Below, piece by piece: positions 29,336-32,000 of a stretch of DNA of 32,000 nt. Source of the stretch: Candidatus Atelocyanobacterium thalassa isolate ALOHA. Its GTDB lineage: Bacteria > Cyanobacteriota > Cyanobacteriia > Cyanobacteriales > Microcystaceae. The notes under the pieces were generated by a model. The model had not been told where the DNA came from. It made no database searches and was given only the letters and a program-made list of their open reading frames with translations. The stretch spans positions 720,001 to 752,000 of the forward strand of contig NC_013771.1 of NCBI RefSeq assembly GCF_000025125.1. Reading direction: 5' to 3'. The stretch's first letter is position 1. Every line of letters starts with the position of its first letter. A program made the translations under genes and the position numbers.

Positions 29336-29534
29336 AGTATTGAAAAACAATGAAGTGTTTACTTATAAAAAAGACATGTTTAATTTATTTAGAGAGAAAG
29401 TTAACATGAGTCGACAAGAAAATTCACTAAAACCTAAAACCAGTAGATACTTTTCAAAGTGGTAAATATTTAATTAATGGCTTTAATTAAATAACTGATA
29501 ATAACGATTTATTATTTATTCTTGTTGATTCACG

Positions 29535-29846
29535 TTAGTTACTACCGCTAAATGTTACTTCTAAGAATTTAGCTTGCGCTTCCTTCATAGTAATACTCTT
29601 GCCCTGATTACGAAGGTCTTGCCAATAATTAATAACTTCCGTTGCCTTGTTTAAGACTTCAATTCTTTCTGTTTCTAGTATCCAATGCTTTGCTTCCAGT
29701 TCATTTTTTAACTCTTGCCAAGCGTTATTACGTGGCCAAAAGAAATAAGCAGTTAAAGGACTGGTTCCTTTTCCGACAATTTGATCAACGGCGATTGCTA
29801 CATTAGCATCTAACCAAAGAACTTTCAATATAAATCTAGGCTCCAA
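29535..29846 (-). CDS. ycf65: Probable 30S ribosomal protein PSRP-3 / Ycf65, TTG start
   Basis: [50 protein letters not shown]....[16 protein letters not shown] is the hallmark Ycf65 block. Confidence 0.85.
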   Translation of the reverse strand: MEPRFILKVLWLDANVAIAVDQIVGKGTSPLTAYFFWPRNNAWQELKNELEAKHWILETERIEVLNKATEVINYWQDLRNQGKSITMKEAQAKFLEVTFSGSN

Positions 29847-29851
29847 TTACG

Positions 29852-29856
29852 CCTCC
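29852..29856 (-). promoter_or_regulatory. Shine-Dalgarno GGAGG for ycf65
   Basis: The minus strand reads ccGGAGGcgtaaTTGgagcct: a perfect GGAGG with 5-nt spacing to the TTG start, which supports the non-ATG initiation. Confidence 0.6.
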
Positions 29857-30530
29857 GGTGGGTAGACTGCACAAATATTGTAAATATGAGACCCTTTATT
29901 ATAACTTATTAATAGCAAGTTTTACTATTAAACAAAACAAATATTTTATTAAAGTAATTAAATGATAAGTGTAATTATTTATATTTGCCATTATTCTCGT
30001 AAGTTTGCTTATCTAAAAACATTTAATTTATAAAGCTTAAAGTATTAACTTAATTTACTAAGTATTTTGAAGTCATATTCCAGTTGTAATAATTTAATAA
30101 TTTGATTCTTAAATCAATAAAAAATTAGGTTTAACAAACTAAGCTTTTTAATTTAATTCAGTAAGATAACAGGAGATTTAAGGTTCCAAAAATGAAAAAT
30201 CTTGTAATTGTTCACTTTTATATATTTTTTGTTACAATTCTGTTGATCTAGGTCATCTTATGAGTAATTATAGTTTTATATTTTATACATGCTCAATGAG
30301 ATTTTTCTTGTTTCATAAAACTATACACTGCCTATCTTCATAGATATTTTACACTTTGTATGTTTTATTCTTAATACATATGCTATTACTACTATTGTAA
30401 GTTTATGTATAAAAAAAGAAGAATACTTTATAGCCTAAACATTATTATTTCGGCAAGAATAGAGTATTTAATAACTTCTATTTATTTCTTTTTTTGTTTA
30501 AAAAAATGTTTAACTGTTAAATATATATAA

Positions 30531-31865
30531 ATGAACTCTTCTACATACCGCTTTAAAAGCAAATTATTCAATTTATTTAATCGTAAGTCTTTATTGTTAA
30601 AAGAGCGTCTTATCTACGAAGCTAAAAAAATAAGAATTATTTTTAAATGGGGAATACAAATTATTATATACCCACTTTATTTTCTTATACATACACAAAA
30701 AATTGATCAAAAAAGATTCAAAGAAGCTAATTATTCACTAAATGTTTTTTATTCAAATACTGATTTTTATTTGGAAAAAATACTTCAAAAAACAAAGTAT
30801 TTTTTGTTAGATTTTGAAAAAAGTGAAAATTATTTTAAAAAGCAAGAAAAACTAAAAAATGTAGCTACTGTTAAAAATAATAGTGTTGTTAGCTTAGTTC
30901 AAGGATTAGCTAGTGATTTGACAACTCGTAAATTAGTCTTAGTAATTGATAACAAAATTATTGATGTATTATCTGAAAACCAAAAAGATTATTTGCATAA
31001 ATATATTAATTTACAACTGGATAACCATAAAAGTAACTCACAATATAGCGAAGTCCACGACTTAAGCTTAATTAATAAATTTTTTACAAAACAAAACTTC
31101 ATTTCATTTTCGACACTTGTCTTTTATAAACTAATGCTTTGGATGAAACGTGGCTCTCTGGCTAAGAATCTCGATTTTTTTGGAGAGTTGTCAGATATAT
31201 CTCCAAACCCAGACAAATTATTCAAAGGAGTGCAAGACTCTATCATTAAAAATGATGGCAAAAATAAAAAGAAAACTTTTTATTTTTTAGTAGGTAAAAT
31301 CACTCAAAAATGGAAAGGTTATTTACAAGATAAAAACTATAGATATTTTAAGAGACAACGTGATCAGTTCTCTTTGAAATTTTTTATGCATATAACCATA
31401 TATTATTTTTTAAACCAGCTTTTATCTAGTAAATATTTAAAACATCATCTAAAACAAAAAAAAATAAAGCTATACGAAACCAAGAACAACGACAGATTAT
31501 TATTCCAAAATGAAGTATCTGATAAACCTATATTATTAGAGGATAAGCCTTCAAAATCATATCCTACTATTGATTTATCTAATAATAATTTTATCTATGA
31601 GTTACACAAAGATAAAGTCAATTATTTAAACATTAATCAAATTTTTAAAAAATCAATCAACAATCAGTTGATTCCTACCATAGACAATGAGAAACAAGTA
31701 GAATTTACAACAAATTTTACAGAAGTAGAGATCGAATCTACAAAATATATTAAACATCCTTTAATTATGATTTTAGAAGTTTTAGATATAGTTATTTACT
31801 GGATAGAAGAATTGGTAATGAAAATATGGAAAGTGATTTTTAAAGTACTTAATCATAAAAAGTAA
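30531..31865 (+). CDS. Hypothetical protein, lysine/asparagine/isoleucine-rich, with hydrophobic segments near both ends; no recognisable domain
   Basis: 444 uninterrupted codons in DNA where stop triplets should occur about every 12-13 codons. Candidate TM or amphipathic segments are IRIIFKWGIQIIIYPLYFLI and HPLIMILEVLDIVIYWIEELVMKIW. I recognise no motif. Confidence 0.55.
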   Translation: MNSSTYRFKSKLFNLFNRKSLLLKERLIYEAKKIRIIFKWGIQIIIYPLYFLIHTQKIDQKRFKEANYSLNVFYSNTDFYLEKILQKTKYFLLDFEKSENYFKKQEKLKNVATVKNNSVVSLVQGLASDLTTRKLVLVIDNKIIDVLSENQKDYLHKYINLQLDNHKSNSQYSEVHDLSLINKFFTKQNFISFSTLVFYKLMLWMKRGSLAKNLDFFGELSDISPNPDKLFKGVQDSIIKNDGKNKKKTFYFLVGKITQKWKGYLQDKNYRYFKRQRDQFSLKFFMHITIYYFLNQLLSSKYLKHHLKQKKIKLYETKNNDRLLFQNEVSDKPILLEDKPSKSYPTIDLSNNNFIYELHKDKVNYLNINQIFKKSINNQLIPTIDNEKQVEFTTNFTEVEIESTKYIKHPLIMILEVLDIVIYWIEELVMKIWKVIFKVLNHKK

Positions 31866-32000
31866 AAATATACTATTAAAAGATAAAACATATTTATCAT
31901 TAAAGATTAATTACATCCTATATTAAATTCCACAGGCTAATATATCTAAGGAACAAAATATAGTTTAAAATTTGATTATTATCGAAAAAATTAATGTTCT

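Noticed and set aside
29406-29465. 19-codon plus-strand ORF (MSRQENSLKPKTSRYFSKW) between sasA and ycf65
   Set aside because: It is short, has no terminator on its strand, and lies in a region that appears to be transcribed from the opposite strand.
30192-30251. 19-codon hydrophobic mini-ORF (MKNLVIVHFYIFFVTILLI) that could resemble a type I toxin or small membrane peptide
   Set aside because: In AT-rich DNA, codons for F, I, L, V and Y dominate by chance. The nearest AGGAG is about 18 nt away, which is too far, and there is no adjacent antisense RNA signature or terminator.
1-32000. Looked for CRISPR repeats, transposase or integrase genes, IS inverted repeats, phage genes, toxin-antitoxin pairs, restriction-modification or other defence cassettes
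   Set aside because: None found. Every large ORF but one has a housekeeping assignment, there are no spaced direct repeats, and there is no compositional island apart from the small GC-rich patch at 6487-6590.

Overview
This window is AT-rich (about 30% G+C by eye) and densely packed with housekeeping genes whose products are clearly cyanobacterial: NdhF1, Thf1/Psb29, SasA, PSRP-3/Ycf65, a rimO-crhR pair and an accA-SDR-folE cluster. The composition and the scarcity of HIP1 suggest a streamlined unicellular cyanobacterium, perhaps a UCYN-A-like or Cyanothece-clade endosymbiont. That lineage call is an inference; no search was run. I support 26 protein genes and one tRNA-Val(GAC). The genes are valS (5'-partial), rsmD, pyrR, a truncated cinA/pncC, queE, rimO, crhR, pmbA, a small membrane protein, dgkA, a Tat-signal MBL hydrolase, an SLC12-type transporter, thf1, a DUF2993-like gene, dusA, folE, an SDR, accA, a TPR protein, an M16 peptidase homologue, ndhF, gatA, sasA, ycf65 and a 444-aa orphan. 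Several intrinsic-terminator hairpins are also visible. I see no CRISPR array, transposase, integrase, phage gene, toxin-antitoxin pair or recognisable defence cassette, so this reads as core genome rather than an accessory island. The points worth a second look are: (1) folE, whose conserved N-terminal 81 codons have no in-frame start and whose ATG is one base out of frame across an A4 run; (2) a GC-rich island with mutually exclusive pairings just upstream of rimO; (3) a 444-codon lysine/asparagine-rich orphan ORF next to the longest spacers in the window; (4) a perfect 21-bp in-frame tandem duplication in the SDR gene; (5) domain loss in cinA and loss of the zinc motif in the M16 homologue.
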